Positions 54,068 to 64,000 of a stretch of 64,000 nt of DNA are shown one piece after another. Source of the DNA: Candidatus Krumholzibacteriia bacterium (GTDB lineage: Bacteria; Krumholzibacteriota; Krumholzibacteriia; Krumholzibacteriales; Krumholzibacteriaceae); contig CAWIIQ010000001.1 in the NCBI GenBank assembly GCA_963836185.1, positions 384,001 through 448,000 of the forward strand. The letters run 5' to 3'. Made by a program: the position numbers and the translations under genes. Under the pieces are notes generated by a model. The model searched no databases. It was not told where the DNA came from and worked only from the letters and a program-made list of their open reading frames with translations. How positions within the stretch are numbered: position 1 is the stretch's first letter; the number at the start of each line of letters is the position of its first letter.

Positions 54068-55235
54068 TCATGCAGGTGCGAGGCCGGGCCCGTGTCTGGC
54101 GAGAAAGAGGGCGAGCAGCGCGGTTCTCGATGCGAGTGTTGGGATGAGGATCCTCTCGCGTTCTGTGTGGTCATCGAGGCAGACCGGCCCGAAGCCGTCG
54201 ATGGCGGGGACGCCCGCGGCCCCGAAGAAATTAGCGTCGGAGGTGCCGCGCCTGTGCTCAGTCGTGACGACGGTACCCACCAAGCCGGCGGTCAGTTCCA
54301 GGGAGGCCATCAACCTCGCCGTACCCTCCGTTGCGGGCATGGCCGGGCGATGGTTGAGTATCGTCAGCCGGCAGCTGCCGGCTCCGGTCGTCCGGTCCTC
54401 GGTGAGGCGCCTTGCCTCGGAGACGAGCTTTTCGAAATAGATCTCATCGCGCCACCTCAGGTCGAAGAGGCAGTGAGCCTCGCCCGGAACGGTGCTCGGG
54501 CCGAGCCCGCCGCTGACCTTACCGACATTTACCGTGACATCGGGGAAAGCTCCATTGAGCGATTCGAGCGCTATCACCGCACGGGACAGTTCGAGTACGG
54601 CGCTACTTTTCTCACCGTCAGCCCCTTCCGACGTGGTCCTGCTCCCCGGTGCAGTCGAGCCGGCCGCCGGCCTTGCCGTTCCGTGATACGACGAGCTCTC
54701 CGTTCTCCCCGGCGCATTCGGCGGTGAGGCAGGCGGCGGCGCGCGCCCTCTCACGTTCGTAGATCGCGCGGGAGCCGGTCGAGCCTGTCTCTTCATCTGC
54801 GCCGAGTATCATCGAGAGGTTCATCGAATCGATCACACCGGCATGCGCAAGCGCCTCGAGGGCGAACACGATCACGGCCAGCCCGCCTTTCATGTCACCC
54901 GTGCCCGGGCCTGTGAGCCAGTCGCCATCCCTGCTGCACGACTGGAAGGAATGGCCGGGGGGGAAGACGGTGTCGAGGTGGCCGAGAAGGTATATGGCCG
55001 GCCCGTCCCCGCCGCTTCTGAGGATATGATGGGTGCGCCCGGCTTCGTCCGTGGTGGGCTCATGCGTGCGGAAGAGAGAACCGGCCCTCTCGAGGATCAT
55101 ACCGGCCACTCGCTGCACTCCATCGATGTTGTCCGTGTAGCTGTTGACGCGGCAGAGGTCCTCCACGAACCGGAGCTGGTCACCGGCCTCGCGCTCGACG
55201 TGGTCGAGAATCGAATTCTGCACCGATTCATTCAT
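54068..55235 (-). CDS. M20-family metallopeptidase (glutamate carboxypeptidase-like); frameshift near 54625
   Basis: GHLDTVF, GPGTGDMKGG, DEETGS, VNVGKVSGG, GTSDANF, DGFGP..DHT..E. Confidence 0.9.
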
Positions 55236-56502
55236 CGATCAGCTCGTCTTCGTATTCGCATACATCGCCGGCCCAGGTCCTGAACAGGAGCTTTCCGTTG
55301 CGATTGTAGTTGAGCAGGTAGGTCGGCGCCATCGGCGTCTTGCCCCTGCCCTCGGGGGCGGTGATTATGAATGTCGGCACGGCGAGTCCCGACGTGTACC
55401 CCCGGAGGTTCTCGATGATGTTGAGGCCGTCAGCGACCGGCACCCTGAAGTGCCTTATGCCCTCGAGCTTCTTGCAGTTGAATATGTAGTACGGCCGCAC
55501 GCGGATGCGCACGAGCTCGTGGACCAGCTTCTTCATGACGTTCACGTCGTTGTTGATGCCGCGCAGCAGCACCGACTGGTTGCCGATGACTACCCCGGCT
55601 CCGATCAGCCTGTCGACGGCGTCCTCGGCCTCCGGCGTTATCTCCATCGGGGAATTGAACTGCGTGTTGAGGTAAACAGGCTTGTGCCGCTCGAGCATGC
55701 TGCACAGCTCCGGCGTCACCCGCTGAGGCAGGGTCGCCAGCATGCGCGAGCCGAGTCTCTTGATCTCCACGTGCCCGATTTTATCGAGCTCGCCGAGGAT
55801 CCAGTCGAGATAGTCATCCGAGAGGGCCAGCGCGTCACCGCCGGTGAGCAGGACGTCCCTGATCTCGGGCGACTCGGCGATGTAGTCGAGCGCGGCCTGG
55901 ACGTCATCCTTCGGATAGATCATATCCTTCGACGATATGTCTTTCTTGCGCAGGCAGTGCCGGCAGAACATCGCGCATATGTTCGTCACATTGATTATCA
56001 GCCGATCGGGATAGAGGCGCGTTATCAGCGGAGCAGGCGAGTTGTACTTGATCGCGTAATGGTCCTCGGTCCCTATGGCGAGGTACTCCTCGCTCGTCGG
56101 GATCGACTGCATGTATATCGGGCATGAGCGGTCGGAGGGATCGATGAGGCTGGCGTAGTATGGGGATACCGACCAGCGGCCGAGTGCGGCGGCCTTTTCG
56201 ATCACCCCGGTCTCCTCGTCGTTCAGGTCGAGGATCCGCGAAAGGGTCCCGGTGTCCTTGATGACGTTGCTGATGTGCCACCGGTGGTCGTTCCAGTCGC
56301 CGGCGGTGCCCCCGAGGACCTCGAGTATCCTCGCTTTACTCTTCTCTGTCCTCTCCCGGCGGTTTGTACCCGTCGGTATCGAATCACGGACGTCGAGGTA
56401 TCCCTTTATCCGGCTCTTTCTTTCGGCGGCCCGCTCCCTTGCGATCTTCCGGTTCTCTTCCGGGATGTACATCGGCGATTTCGGATCGTTGGCTACTGAC
56501 AT
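55228..56502 (-). CDS. eam: KamA-family radical SAM aminomutase, glutamate 2,3-aminomutase-like
   Basis: CAMFCRHC, LLTGGDAL, NQSVLLRGIND, PLP Lys in GRGKTP. YYIFNCKK has Lys where lysine aminomutase has Asp (YYIYQCD); N-terminal extension (ERAAERKSRI..Y) resembles Eam. Confidence 0.75.
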   Translation of the reverse strand: MSVANDPKSPMYIPEENRKIARERAAERKSRIKGYLDVRDSIPTGTNRRERTEKSKARILEVLGGTAGDWNDHRWHISNVIKDTGTLSRILDLNDEETGVIEKAAALGRWSVSPYYASLIDPSDRSCPIYMQSIPTSEEYLAIGTEDHYAIKYNSPAPLITRLYPDRLIINVTNICAMFCRHCLRKKDISSKDMIYPKDDVQAALDYIAESPEIRDVLLTGGDALALSDDYLDWILGELDKIGHVEIKRLGSRMLATLPQRVTPELCSMLERHKPVYLNTQFNSPMEITPEAEDAVDRLIGAGVVIGNQSVLLRGINNDVNVMKKLVHELVRIRVRPYYIFNCKKLEGIRHFRVPVADGLNIIENLRGYTSGLAVPTFIITAPEGRGKTPMAPTYLLNYNRNGKLLFRTWAGDVCEYEDELIDE

Positions 56503-57599
56503 CGGTATCTCCCCGTCTGGTGCCGGCCGTCCCTACTTTTTGGGGCGTGTCTTGTTCTTCTCTTTTTTTCTGTTGTTCTTCTTCCCTCTTCGACCTGCTT
56601 CCCGAAATATTCCGGCTCATCGGCCGCGTAACGCTCGACAGCGACCTCGACGATACGGCCGATCAGTTTGCCGTAGCTGAGGCCGTCCTTCGATGCCGCG
56701 TAGACGAAAGATGATCCGGGATTGAGGCTTGCCATCGAGTTGGCCTCGAGGATGAAAGGCCTGTTAAAGCGGTCGAGCCTGAAATCTATCCGGGCGAAAT
56801 CGTGGATATTGAGCAGTTCGAAGGCTTTCACCGCCAGATCCTGGATGTACTCTGAAGTCTCCTTCGGCAGGTCGGCGGGGCAGACCTTCTCTACCTTTTT
56901 CTTCCGGCCCCTGGCAAACTTCGCGTCGTGGGAGTAGATCTCGTCGTCCAGAATCAGCTCGAGCACGGGAAGGGCCCTGGGTGGATTGTTCCCGAGCACT
57001 CCGACGTTGACCTCTCGTCCCTCTATGAACTCCTCCACGATCACCGGCTGCCTGAACTCGCTCAGTATCCTGTCGACCGCTTCGTGCAGCGCTTCCTCGT
57101 CTCTGACGACCGTGATCCCGAAGCTCGCCGCCTCTCCCCGGGGCTTGACGATGAGCGGAAATTCGAGGTTGCCGGCTCTCTGGTCGGGGGAGGAGAAGAC
57201 CTTGTAGCTGGGCGTCGGCAGATTGTTCGCGGTGAATATCTGTTTCGAGACGACCTTGTCCAGGGCGAGCGTGTGGCCTATCGGGCTCGAACCGGTGTAA
57301 GGAAGGCCGGCGAATTCAAGTATTGCCGGCACGTGCGTGTAGCGGGCCTTGCCCTGTATGCCCAGGGCCATGTTGAGTACGATGCCGTTGCTGCGCCTCT
57401 TCGATATCCTGGGAAGGAACTTGTTGATCTTCGACAGAAGGAACCTGTCACCGGCTACAAGCTCGACTTCGTGCCCCTGCTTCTCGAGCGCGGCGGCCGC
57501 GCGCGCTATCGTCTCCTGGGGATACCATTCCCTGTTCTGGATACCGAAGACGTTGATTATGCCTTTCGCGTCGGGATTGTAGACTATCGCAACCTTCAA
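56493..57599 (-). CDS. D-Ala-D-Ala ligase-like ATP-grasp enzyme
   Basis: PYTGS...LALDK, PLIVKP..E.ASFGI, VEEFIEGRE, ARIDFRL, LEANSMASL. Confidence 0.9.
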   Translation of the reverse strand: MKVAIVYNPDAKGIINVFGIQNREWYPQETIARAAAALEKQGHEVELVAGDRFLLSKINKFLPRISKRRSNGIVLNMALGIQGKARYTHVPAILEFAGLPYTGSSPIGHTLALDKVVSKQIFTANNLPTPSYKVFSSPDQRAGNLEFPLIVKPRGEAASFGITVVRDEEALHEAVDRILSEFRQPVIVEEFIEGREVNVGVLGNNPPRALPVLELILDDEIYSHDAKFARGRKKKVEKVCPADLPKETSEYIQDLAVKAFELLNIHDFARIDFRLDRFNRPFILEANSMASLNPGSSFVYAASKDGLSYGKLIGRIVEVAVERYAADEPEYFGKQVEEGRRTTEKKRRTRHAPKSRDGRHQTGRYRCQ

Positions 57600-57682
57600 G
57601 TTCGATCACCTCGAAACGGTGTTAAAGAAGTCGGTTCGTCTGCCCCGGTTCAGGCTGTCTGTATGCAGTGGTATCTCAACAT

Positions 57683-57699
57683 AGCATATACGGGGCCGG
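57683..57699 (-). promoter_or_regulatory. Putative sigma54 -24/-12 promoter of the ATP-grasp/aminomutase/M20 operon
   Basis: Minus strand CCGGCCCCGTATATGCT (GG-N10-GC), similar to the site at 58931. Confidence 0.45.
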
Positions 57700-57727
57700 A
57701 GTCATAGGGATGCATTACGGGGATGAT

Positions 57728-57761
57728 AAAACAAAGGGCGGGCCCTTGCGGGTCCGCCCCT
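57728..57761 (-). terminator. Rho-independent terminator of the TPR lipoprotein gene
   Basis: GC hairpin AGGGCGGGCCC-TTGC-GGGTCCGCCCCT followed on minus by TTTGTTTT. Confidence 0.75.
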
Positions 57762-57786
57762 CTCTGCGCCTCGTCTGAAAGGACCT

Positions 57787-58861
57787 CTATTCCGGGCCGG
57801 CAGTCGTCGTGTCGGGCAGCGCCACTGCGGCGATCCCGATCAACAGCGAATCAGTCAGGGCTGTGACTTCATGTGTTTCATTGCCGTCCGCGGCAAGCTT
57901 CCAGTCCTCCATCTTTTCGATGAAACGCTGCGCATACTCACCGAGATCTATCGTTTCCACACCAGGCTCCTCGTCGACGCCCTGGATGCGGACGAGGTTG
58001 GCGTATGCCTTTTCATGGCCGTCATCGGCCTCGAAGGCGTGGCTGTAGGCCTGCTCGGCAGAGCGGTAACGGCCCGTCCGCTCGAGGGCCATCCCGAGGT
58101 TGTTCCAGAAGAAGGCCCTGTTGCTGTCGATCTGCGTGGCGCGGGCCAGCGGAAGCAGGGCCTCCTCGTAACGTCCCTCGCCGATCATGATCAGGGCCAT
58201 GTTGTTCATCGACCAGGCGTCCTTCCCGTCGATGCTGATCGCCTCGCGGTAAGCATCGATCGCTTCGTCCTTGCTTCCGAGCTGGTCGAGAGCTCTGCCC
58301 TTGAGGCGGTATGCGACGTGCAGGCCGGGATCGATTTCGATCGCCTCGTCTATCCTGACAAGCGCCTCCGAGGGGCGGCCGGTGTCGAGGAGGACGCGGC
58401 TGAGGTTAAGCATGCTCTTGACATGTCCGGGGGCGAGGGCGAGAGCCTTCTCGAACGATTCCTCGGCATACTCATGGTCGCCGGCCTTCCAGGCGGAGAG
58501 TCCGAGCATGTAGAATCCCCACGGATTCTGGTCCTTGTTCGTGGTGTAGATCGTGAAAAGCTGCATGGCTGTCTGGTACTGCCTGTTGTTGTAGGCAACT
58601 TCGGCATCCTCGTAGGCGACGACCTTAGGCAGCTCGGGCTCCTTCGGCTCTTCCTTGACCGCTAACTGCTCCTCGACGGGGACTGCCTTGGGGGCGTTCG
58701 ATGCGGGCGGCCTGGTTCGAGATGGAGGGGGAGGTCTTCCTGGCGACCCTGCGGGTCGTCTTTTCCGTGTTGTCATCGCCGCATCCGGCGACGACCGATA
58801 CGATGATCAGCACCGCGAGGATCGCGATACTTGTGGCCCTTTTTCTGATGATGCTCAGCAT
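57787..58861 (-). CDS. TPR-repeat lipoprotein (frameshift near 58700-58770)
   Basis: N-terminal ORF 58625-58861 has lipobox VAGC; ORF 57787-58776 has about 6 TPR motifs. Confidence 0.85.
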
Positions 58862-58930
58862 TTCGGGCCTCCTTTCGGGTTGTGAGCCCCTGCGGGCCCA
58901 GGTTCGTGACTGCTTTCAACGGGGATATAT

Positions 58931-59093
58931 CGCAAGGACGGGACCGGACGAGGAGGGGAAATTTGAAGATGATGGAAGTTATTTTTATTAAAGATGTTAG
59001 GGGTTACTGCATCCTCGGGGGCAGGGGCACTGGTCCTGGCAGTGTGTCCAGACGGACACGCCTTGAAACAGGCGCATGTGTCCGTGTGGACAC
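58931..59093 (-). promoter_or_regulatory. Sigma54 promoter with two upstream enhancer palindromes
   Basis: Minus CCGGTCCCGTCCTTGCG (58947-58931, GG-N10-GC); GTGTCC-N4-GGACAC at 59044-59059 and 59078-59093; AT-rich tract between; directly downstream of an NtrC-type gene. Confidence 0.7.
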
Positions 59094-59116
59094 GTAGCTT
59101 GAGGTCAGTATCGGGG

Positions 59117-60472
59117 CTATTTCTTCCTGATGTCATGGCGGCGCATGATCTTCAGGAGGGAGGCGTGATCGGCCAGCCCGAGGTCGGCCGCCGTCTTCGT
59201 GATCTGCCAGCCGTTTCGCTCGAGGGCCGCTATGATGATGTGCCGCTCGGCCTCCGCTTTCTGATCCTGGAATGTGCCCGTCCCGGGGAGAGACGGCGCT
59301 CCAGTCCCCTCGCCGACCTCGGCCGGCACGTCGCCGGGGCCGATGATGTCGCCCGCGGAGGAGATGACCATCCGCTCGATGATGTTCCGCAGCTCGCGGA
59401 CATTGTTGCGGCGCCACTCGCAGTCCATAAGGAGGGCGAGGGCCTCGGGCGAGAGCGTCCTTGTCCTCACTCCGAACCTCGCGCATACAGATTCGAGGAA
59501 ATGCCCCGCCAGTTCGGCGACATCGGATCGGCGGTCGCGAAGGGGCGGGACGTGGATCGTGTGAACGTTGACGCGATAGAAGAGGTCCTGGCGGAATCTG
59601 CCCGCTGTGACCTCTGCCTCGAGGTCGCGGTTCGTTGCGGCGACGACGCGGGTATCGACCTCTATGGTCCGTTCGCCGCCGACGCGCATCACCCTGTGAT
59701 CCTCGAGAACGCGCAGCAGTTTCGCCTGCGCCGCGGCTGGCAGCTCGCCTATCTCGTCGAGAAAGAGGGTCCCGCCTGAGGCGAGCTCGAATGCTCCCTT
59801 GCGTACGCGGTCGGCGCCGGTGAATGCGCCCCGTTCATGGCCGAAAAGTTCGCTTTCGACGAGGTTCTCGGGAAGGGCTGCGCTGTTTATCGCGACAAAC
59901 GGCGCTTTCGGCCCCGGGCCGAGGCGGTGAAGCTCGCGCGCAACCAGCTCCTTGCCCGTGCCGCTTTCACCTGTTACGAGGACGGTGCTCGGGATGCCGG
60001 CTACCTTCGCGATCTGCTCCCCCAGCTGCCGTATCGGAGCGCTCGAGCCGATGATAGGGGAGTCGGCGCCGAGATCGCGCCTCAGCGCCCTGACCTCCGT
60101 CTCGAGCCTGACCCGCTCGAGAGCGTTCTCTACCTCGCGGGCGACGCGCTCCATCGATTCCGCCTTGTCGATAAAGCTGTACGCGCCGAGGCGGATCGCC
60201 TTCATGCAGCGGTCGAAGTCGCCGGTGCCTGTATAGACTATCACCGGCGTCGGGTCCTGCAGTTCGGCCAGGCGGCGCAGCACCGAAAACCCGTCGACGC
60301 CGGGCATCTCGAGGTCGAGGATGACGCAGTCGACGGCCTCACTGGCGATGATCTCGAGCGCCTGCGCCCCGCCGGTGGCGACCATCGTCTCGTAGCCGCC
60401 GACCCGCTTGAGGTCGTAGGCATACTGCTGCCCGAGGGGGAGGACGTCATCTACGATCAGTACGAGCGCCAT
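59117..60472 (-). CDS. Sigma54-dependent response regulator (NtrC family)
   Basis: Receiver, [38 protein letters not shown], Fis-type HTH. Confidence 0.95.
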   Translation of the reverse strand: MALVLIVDDVLPLGQQYAYDLKRVGGYETMVATGGAQALEIIASEAVDCVILDLEMPGVDGFSVLRRLAELQDPTPVIVYTGTGDFDRCMKAIRLGAYSFIDKAESMERVAREVENALERVRLETEVRALRRDLGADSPIIGSSAPIRQLGEQIAKVAGIPSTVLVTGESGTGKELVARELHRLGPGPKAPFVAINSAALPENLVESELFGHERGAFTGADRVRKGAFELASGGTLFLDEIGELPAAAQAKLLRVLEDHRVMRVGGERTIEVDTRVVAATNRDLEAEVTAGRFRQDLFYRVNVHTIHVPPLRDRRSDVAELAGHFLESVCARFGVRTRTLSPEALALLMDCEWRRNNVRELRNIIERMVISSAGDIIGPGDVPAEVGEGTGAPSLPGTGTFQDQKAEAERHIIIAALERNGWQITKTAADLGLADHASLLKIMRRHDIRKK

Positions 60473-60476
60473 CCTG

Positions 60477-62165
60477 TCATTCTCCTGTCTCTGGTTCCGC
60501 CGCGGCAGCGGGAAGGTGGATTATCATCCGTGTTCCCTCGCCTTCAGCGCTTTCTACATCTATCCTGCCGTCGAGGTCCATCACGAGCCTGCGGACTATC
60601 GACAGCCCCAGTCCCGTTCCATCGGCCTTGGTCGTATAAAAATCGTCGAATATCCTCGACTTCTGTTCTTCATTCATCCCCGTCCCGTTGTCTGAAACAG
60701 TGACGCGGATCCATGTCCTGCCCCCGTCGCCGGGGACGTGTTCGGTCGCGACGGTGACCGTTCCCTGGTCGGGCCCGATGCTGTCGATGGCGTTGCGGAC
60801 GAGGTTCTCGAGGATGCGTCTCAGGGCGACGGGATCGGCCTCTACGACGGCGCCCTCGCAGAGGTCGGCGATCAGCCCGGCCGGCCTCGTTCCATGAAGG
60901 TCCGATACGATGCCGGCTGCGATATCGTTCACGTCGCAGGGCCTGCGGTCGAGACGGGGATAGAGGCGGGCATAGTTCGACGCTAGGTCATCGAGGTATG
61001 TGATGCTCGATTCAAGCGTCTCTTCCCGCTCGGAGAATACCCCGGGCATCGCCTGCGGGTCCTCCCGCGAGAGCTGCGAGAGGTGCCGTATTACGTTGCG
61101 TATCGGTGTCAGGCCGTTTTTGATGTCGTGGTTTACCTGTCTGGCCATCTCTCCCAGTGTCGCCCGCCGCTCGGCGTCCCTGATCCGCAGCGCCCCGGCC
61201 CGCAGCCTGTCGGTCATCGCTGCGAGGAGCTTCGAAAGCGCGCCGACTTCGTCCCTGCGGTCGGTCTCGAACTCGACATCGAGAGTGTCGAGATCGAGGC
61301 GGGATGTCTTCTTCGCGAGCTTCGTCAGGGGCCGGCTGATCCGTGACGAGAGCCATCCGACGATGATGACGGCGGCAAACCCCGCGATGGCGATAACGAT
61401 CAGGAACCAGCGGTCGATGCTGCCTGTGAGCTCGTCCAGCCCCGACAGGTCGTGCGATACGCGGAACCCCGACTCAACAAGGTTCCCGCGGTCGAGCTCG
61501 ATCAGGGGCACCGGGATCTCGCGGACGATCGCGTTGTCGGGATGATACTTCAGGTCGCTCGGATGGATGAGGTTCACCGAGAGTGAAGCCTCCCGTTCGA
61601 GCCGGGCGAGAAACCGGCGCTCGATCTCGATGCCTCCGGTGATGGTGAAATCTTTTCCCCCGATGCGCAGCCGGGCGGTCCGGGCGAGGACGATCATCTC
61701 CTTGTCGGGAGTGCGGACCTCGACAAGGGCCACCGATGCGGGAGCTGCCGCGAGCAGCCGGGGAAGCTCGGGCTCGAGGCGGTCGAATTCGTTGCGGAAA
61801 TGTCCCGAGCTGATTATCCGCCCTTCGCCGTCCTGTATCTGCAGCATCGAAAGCCCCGTCATCCGCATCGCGCCGCCGGCATAATCGAGCAGGTACCGGC
61901 GCGCGTCCTTGTCGCGGTCGACTGCGGCGCTTCGGAAGCGGTTATCGTCGAGGATCGTCTCTTTCAGGGCCAGAAGCGACGCGCCAAGGGCCGCGCTCTC
62001 CTGTTCGATGTCCGCCTCGATGACCGAGACGAGAGCATCGGCGCGCCGTTCGTACTGCACGGTGAGCCGTTTCGTCATCTCGAACCGGATAAGAAGCGAG
62101 AGGACGATCATCGGCACAAGCACGGCGGCGAGGAAAACGATCATCAGTCGTGTTCGGAATGACAC
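60477..62165 (-). CDS. Membrane HAMP sensor histidine kinase (NtrY-like)
   Basis: Two TMs, HAMP, ARQVNHDIKNGLTPI, NLVRNA, DNGTGM, GTGLGL. Confidence 0.9.
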   Translation of the reverse strand: MSFRTRLMIVFLAAVLVPMIVLSLLIRFEMTKRLTVQYERRADALVSVIEADIEQESAALGASLLALKETILDDNRFRSAAVDRDKDARRYLLDYAGGAMRMTGLSMLQIQDGEGRIISSGHFRNEFDRLEPELPRLLAAAPASVALVEVRTPDKEMIVLARTARLRIGGKDFTITGGIEIERRFLARLEREASLSVNLIHPSDLKYHPDNAIVREIPVPLIELDRGNLVESGFRVSHDLSGLDELTGSIDRWFLIVIAIAGFAAVIIVGWLSSRISRPLTKLAKKTSRLDLDTLDVEFETDRRDEVGALSKLLAAMTDRLRAGALRIRDAERRATLGEMARQVNHDIKNGLTPIRNVIRHLSQLSREDPQAMPGVFSEREETLESSITYLDDLASNYARLYPRLDRRPCDVNDIAAGIVSDLHGTRPAGLIADLCEGAVVEADPVALRRILENLVRNAIDSIGPDQGTVTVATEHVPGDGGRTWIRVTVSDNGTGMNEEQKSRIFDDFYTTKADGTGLGLSIVRRLVMDLDGRIDVESAEGEGTRMIIHLPAAAAEPETGE

Positions 62166-62169
62166 TGGC

Positions 62170-63687
62170 TCATCTCCCCGGCGGTGCCGCCGGCCTGTTT
62201 AAAGCGCCTTCGATATATACATTGCCGTACCAGTCGACAGTCAGGCCGGCAGTTCCCTTACGGACTATAGCATGACTTCTTGTATCTACAAGCGGCAGCA
62301 TGGCATCGGCGAACCCGTCCCCCAGTTGAGAGAGCCAGTCCGCACTGTCGCGCAATTGCCGTATCTGCAGGCAGGGGTCGGCCGGATGAAAGGGGATCGA
62401 GATGATGTACGCGAATTCATCGCCGGCAGCAAGGCTTCTTCCCATCTCCTCCTCAGGCATTTCCGACACCGACAGATCATTCTGATCATCCATCAGTCCG
62501 GGGACCGCCGCCGCGAGTTTTGCCGCTCCCGGGGAGCTGTCCGGTCCCGCAGCTCCGAGGCCGACGATCCGCTCTGCGAGGTTGCGGGCGGCCGCATCCC
62601 TTCCGGAGAAGACGATCCTGCGGGAATCGTTAGATTCAGGTCTATATGACATGTACACCGGGGAGGAGTACGCGTCCGCTCCGTCTGCCAGGGTGGCGCA
62701 GAAGTCGATATTTCCCCACCATTCGGGATCTACATGTCCGCGCGCGACGCCGGGGACCGCATCTCTGGCGAGGCCGTCGGAAAATTCCCTGTCGATCCCC
62801 GCCGGTGTATCGCCAAGACGTATTTCCCGTACGCGGCTCGTGGAGAGAAGCAGGTATATCCTGGACCACGGGAGAGGGACCGTCTCGAGGTGAGACCTGG
62901 TGCGGGCATATTCGATGATATCCGGGTCCCTCGTGATCATCACGTCCACGGTCCCTTCGAGCAGGTCGCGCGGATCGAATGCGGCGGATGAACCGGGCTC
63001 GAGGAAGACAAGGACGGGCCCGTCACTGCCGGATACGGGAGACAAGGTGATGGTGCGGCGATGCATCGGGCCGGGTGACGACTGTTCGATATCGATCTTG
63101 CAGGGAGTGGAACCGTGCGGCCAGCGATCCCCGATCCTTGCGACGGCAAATGGAGGCGCTGTCAGTTCGCGGGGGAGCTCTTCACGGGTATTCATGAAAT
63201 AGATGTGGACAATGTTCTCACCGGCCGCCGCGACCGAATCTACGCCCGCCTCCCAGATGTCCGGCTCTATCCCTGCGCTCTGCCAGCAGTCGACGATATC
63301 CTGCGCGGTAACCGGGCTGCCGTCCTGGAATCTCGCGCCGCGCCGCAGGCGGAACGTCCATCGCCTGCCGCCGTCGCCGTCATACCACTCCGCCGCCAGG
63401 CCGGGATGGACCTTTCCTTCACAGTCGACGGTTATGAGTGTTTCGTAGAGATGCCCGAACAGGATCCGCTCGCTGTCGCTGCGGGGCAGGGGGGCGTTCG
63501 CCGGATCGACTCTGCCCGGCAGGGCGATCCTGATCGTGTCGGGCCGCTCGTCAGTTCCGTCCAGCACTACGCATTCCGGCGACAGGGCCGGTCCCGTACC
63601 TGCCGTCTGGCGTTTGCATCCCGCGGCGGCGAGCAGGCCGCAGATCAGCGATATGAAAATGACCGTATATCTGTTCATCCACTCCAA
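62170..63687 (-). CDS. Family-5 solute-binding-like lipoprotein
   Basis: Lipobox AAGC; LYETL...PGLAAEW...WTFRLR.GARFQDGSPVTAQD SBP5 N-terminal signature. Confidence 0.8.
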   Translation of the reverse strand: MEWMNRYTVIFISLICGLLAAAGCKRQTAGTGPALSPECVVLDGTDERPDTIRIALPGRVDPANAPLPRSDSERILFGHLYETLITVDCEGKVHPGLAAEWYDGDGGRRWTFRLRRGARFQDGSPVTAQDIVDCWQSAGIEPDIWEAGVDSVAAAGENIVHIYFMNTREELPRELTAPPFAVARIGDRWPHGSTPCKIDIEQSSPGPMHRRTITLSPVSGSDGPVLVFLEPGSSAAFDPRDLLEGTVDVMITRDPDIIEYARTRSHLETVPLPWSRIYLLLSTSRVREIRLGDTPAGIDREFSDGLARDAVPGVARGHVDPEWWGNIDFCATLADGADAYSSPVYMSYRPESNDSRRIVFSGRDAAARNLAERIVGLGAAGPDSSPGAAKLAAAVPGLMDDQNDLSVSEMPEEEMGRSLAAGDEFAYIISIPFHPADPCLQIRQLRDSADWLSQLGDGFADAMLPLVDTRSHAIVRKGTAGLTVDWYGNVYIEGALNRPAAPPGR

Positions 63688-63859
63688 TATACCACCAGAC
63701 AGTCCATGGAGGCATCGGTTATTCGGTTGATGTATTCTTGAATAGTGCTGTATGAATCAGAATGTTGCCGGATAATGTGAAACAAAACAGCGTATATGAT
63801 GTCAAAACAGGCAGAGGGAGTATTATTCATTGTCATTCACTACTGAGGGGTAGTCTCGT

Positions 63860-64000
63860 ATGAAAAACAGGTCCTTTTCCATCGGATCGATCATTCTTTC
63901 GATCTCATTAGTTGTAGTCGCGGTCAGCGGTTTTATCACCTGGCGCCTCTTTCCGATCCCGTTCGGGACACTGTTTGATGTTTTCCTGTCTCTGACAGTC
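63860..64000 (+). CDS. Membrane protein, N-terminus only (runs off the window)
   Basis: GAGGGG RBS, then MKNRSFSIGSIILSISLVVVAVSGFITW..., open to the window end. Confidence 0.55.
   Translation, partial: MKNRSFSIGSIILSISLVVVAVSGFITWRLFPIPFGTLFDVFLSLTV

Noticed and set aside
56493-57599. Housekeeping ddl
   Set aside because: Lacks the GGxSxE N-terminal motif of Ddl and is not in a cell-wall gene cluster.

Overview
Bacterial genomic window, about 60% GC backbone by eye, with a markedly AT-rich block at about 23.5-34 kb. Six large secreted proteins end in a FlgD-Ig/T9SS-like C-terminal domain (QNxPNPFNPxTTI...KM(V/I)LLR), and a SWGxIKxxYR C-terminal motif is also present. Both suggest an FCB-group candidate phylum such as Krumholzibacteriota/Latescibacterota (inference). 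Many genes are split by single-base indels, most likely uncorrected long-read errors, so I re-joined fragments by eye. Contents: modular secreted beta-propeller/beta-helix proteins; a DUF4230-MgtC-GNAT/nitrilase operon; two divergent ankyrin fusions; MFS, thioesterase and MacAB-like exporter genes; a PEP-utilising enzyme; DUF4397 proteins; two two-component systems; and an ATP-grasp / glutamate 2,3-aminomutase-like / M20 operon. The best candidate for an undescribed system is the operon at 34.3-38.4 kb. It encodes a single-pass membrane receptor with a cytoplasmic Lon-type (Ser-Lys) protease domain and an extracellular FG-GAP-like domain, then a divergent sigma-factor-like protein, then a zinc-finger anti-sigma-like protein with an internal LAA (ssrA-like degron) site. 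This mirrors the CRISPR CalpL-CalpT-CalpS cascade, but with no SAVED domain or CRISPR locus and an extracellular input. No rRNA, tRNA, CRISPR array, integrase or transposase was recognised.
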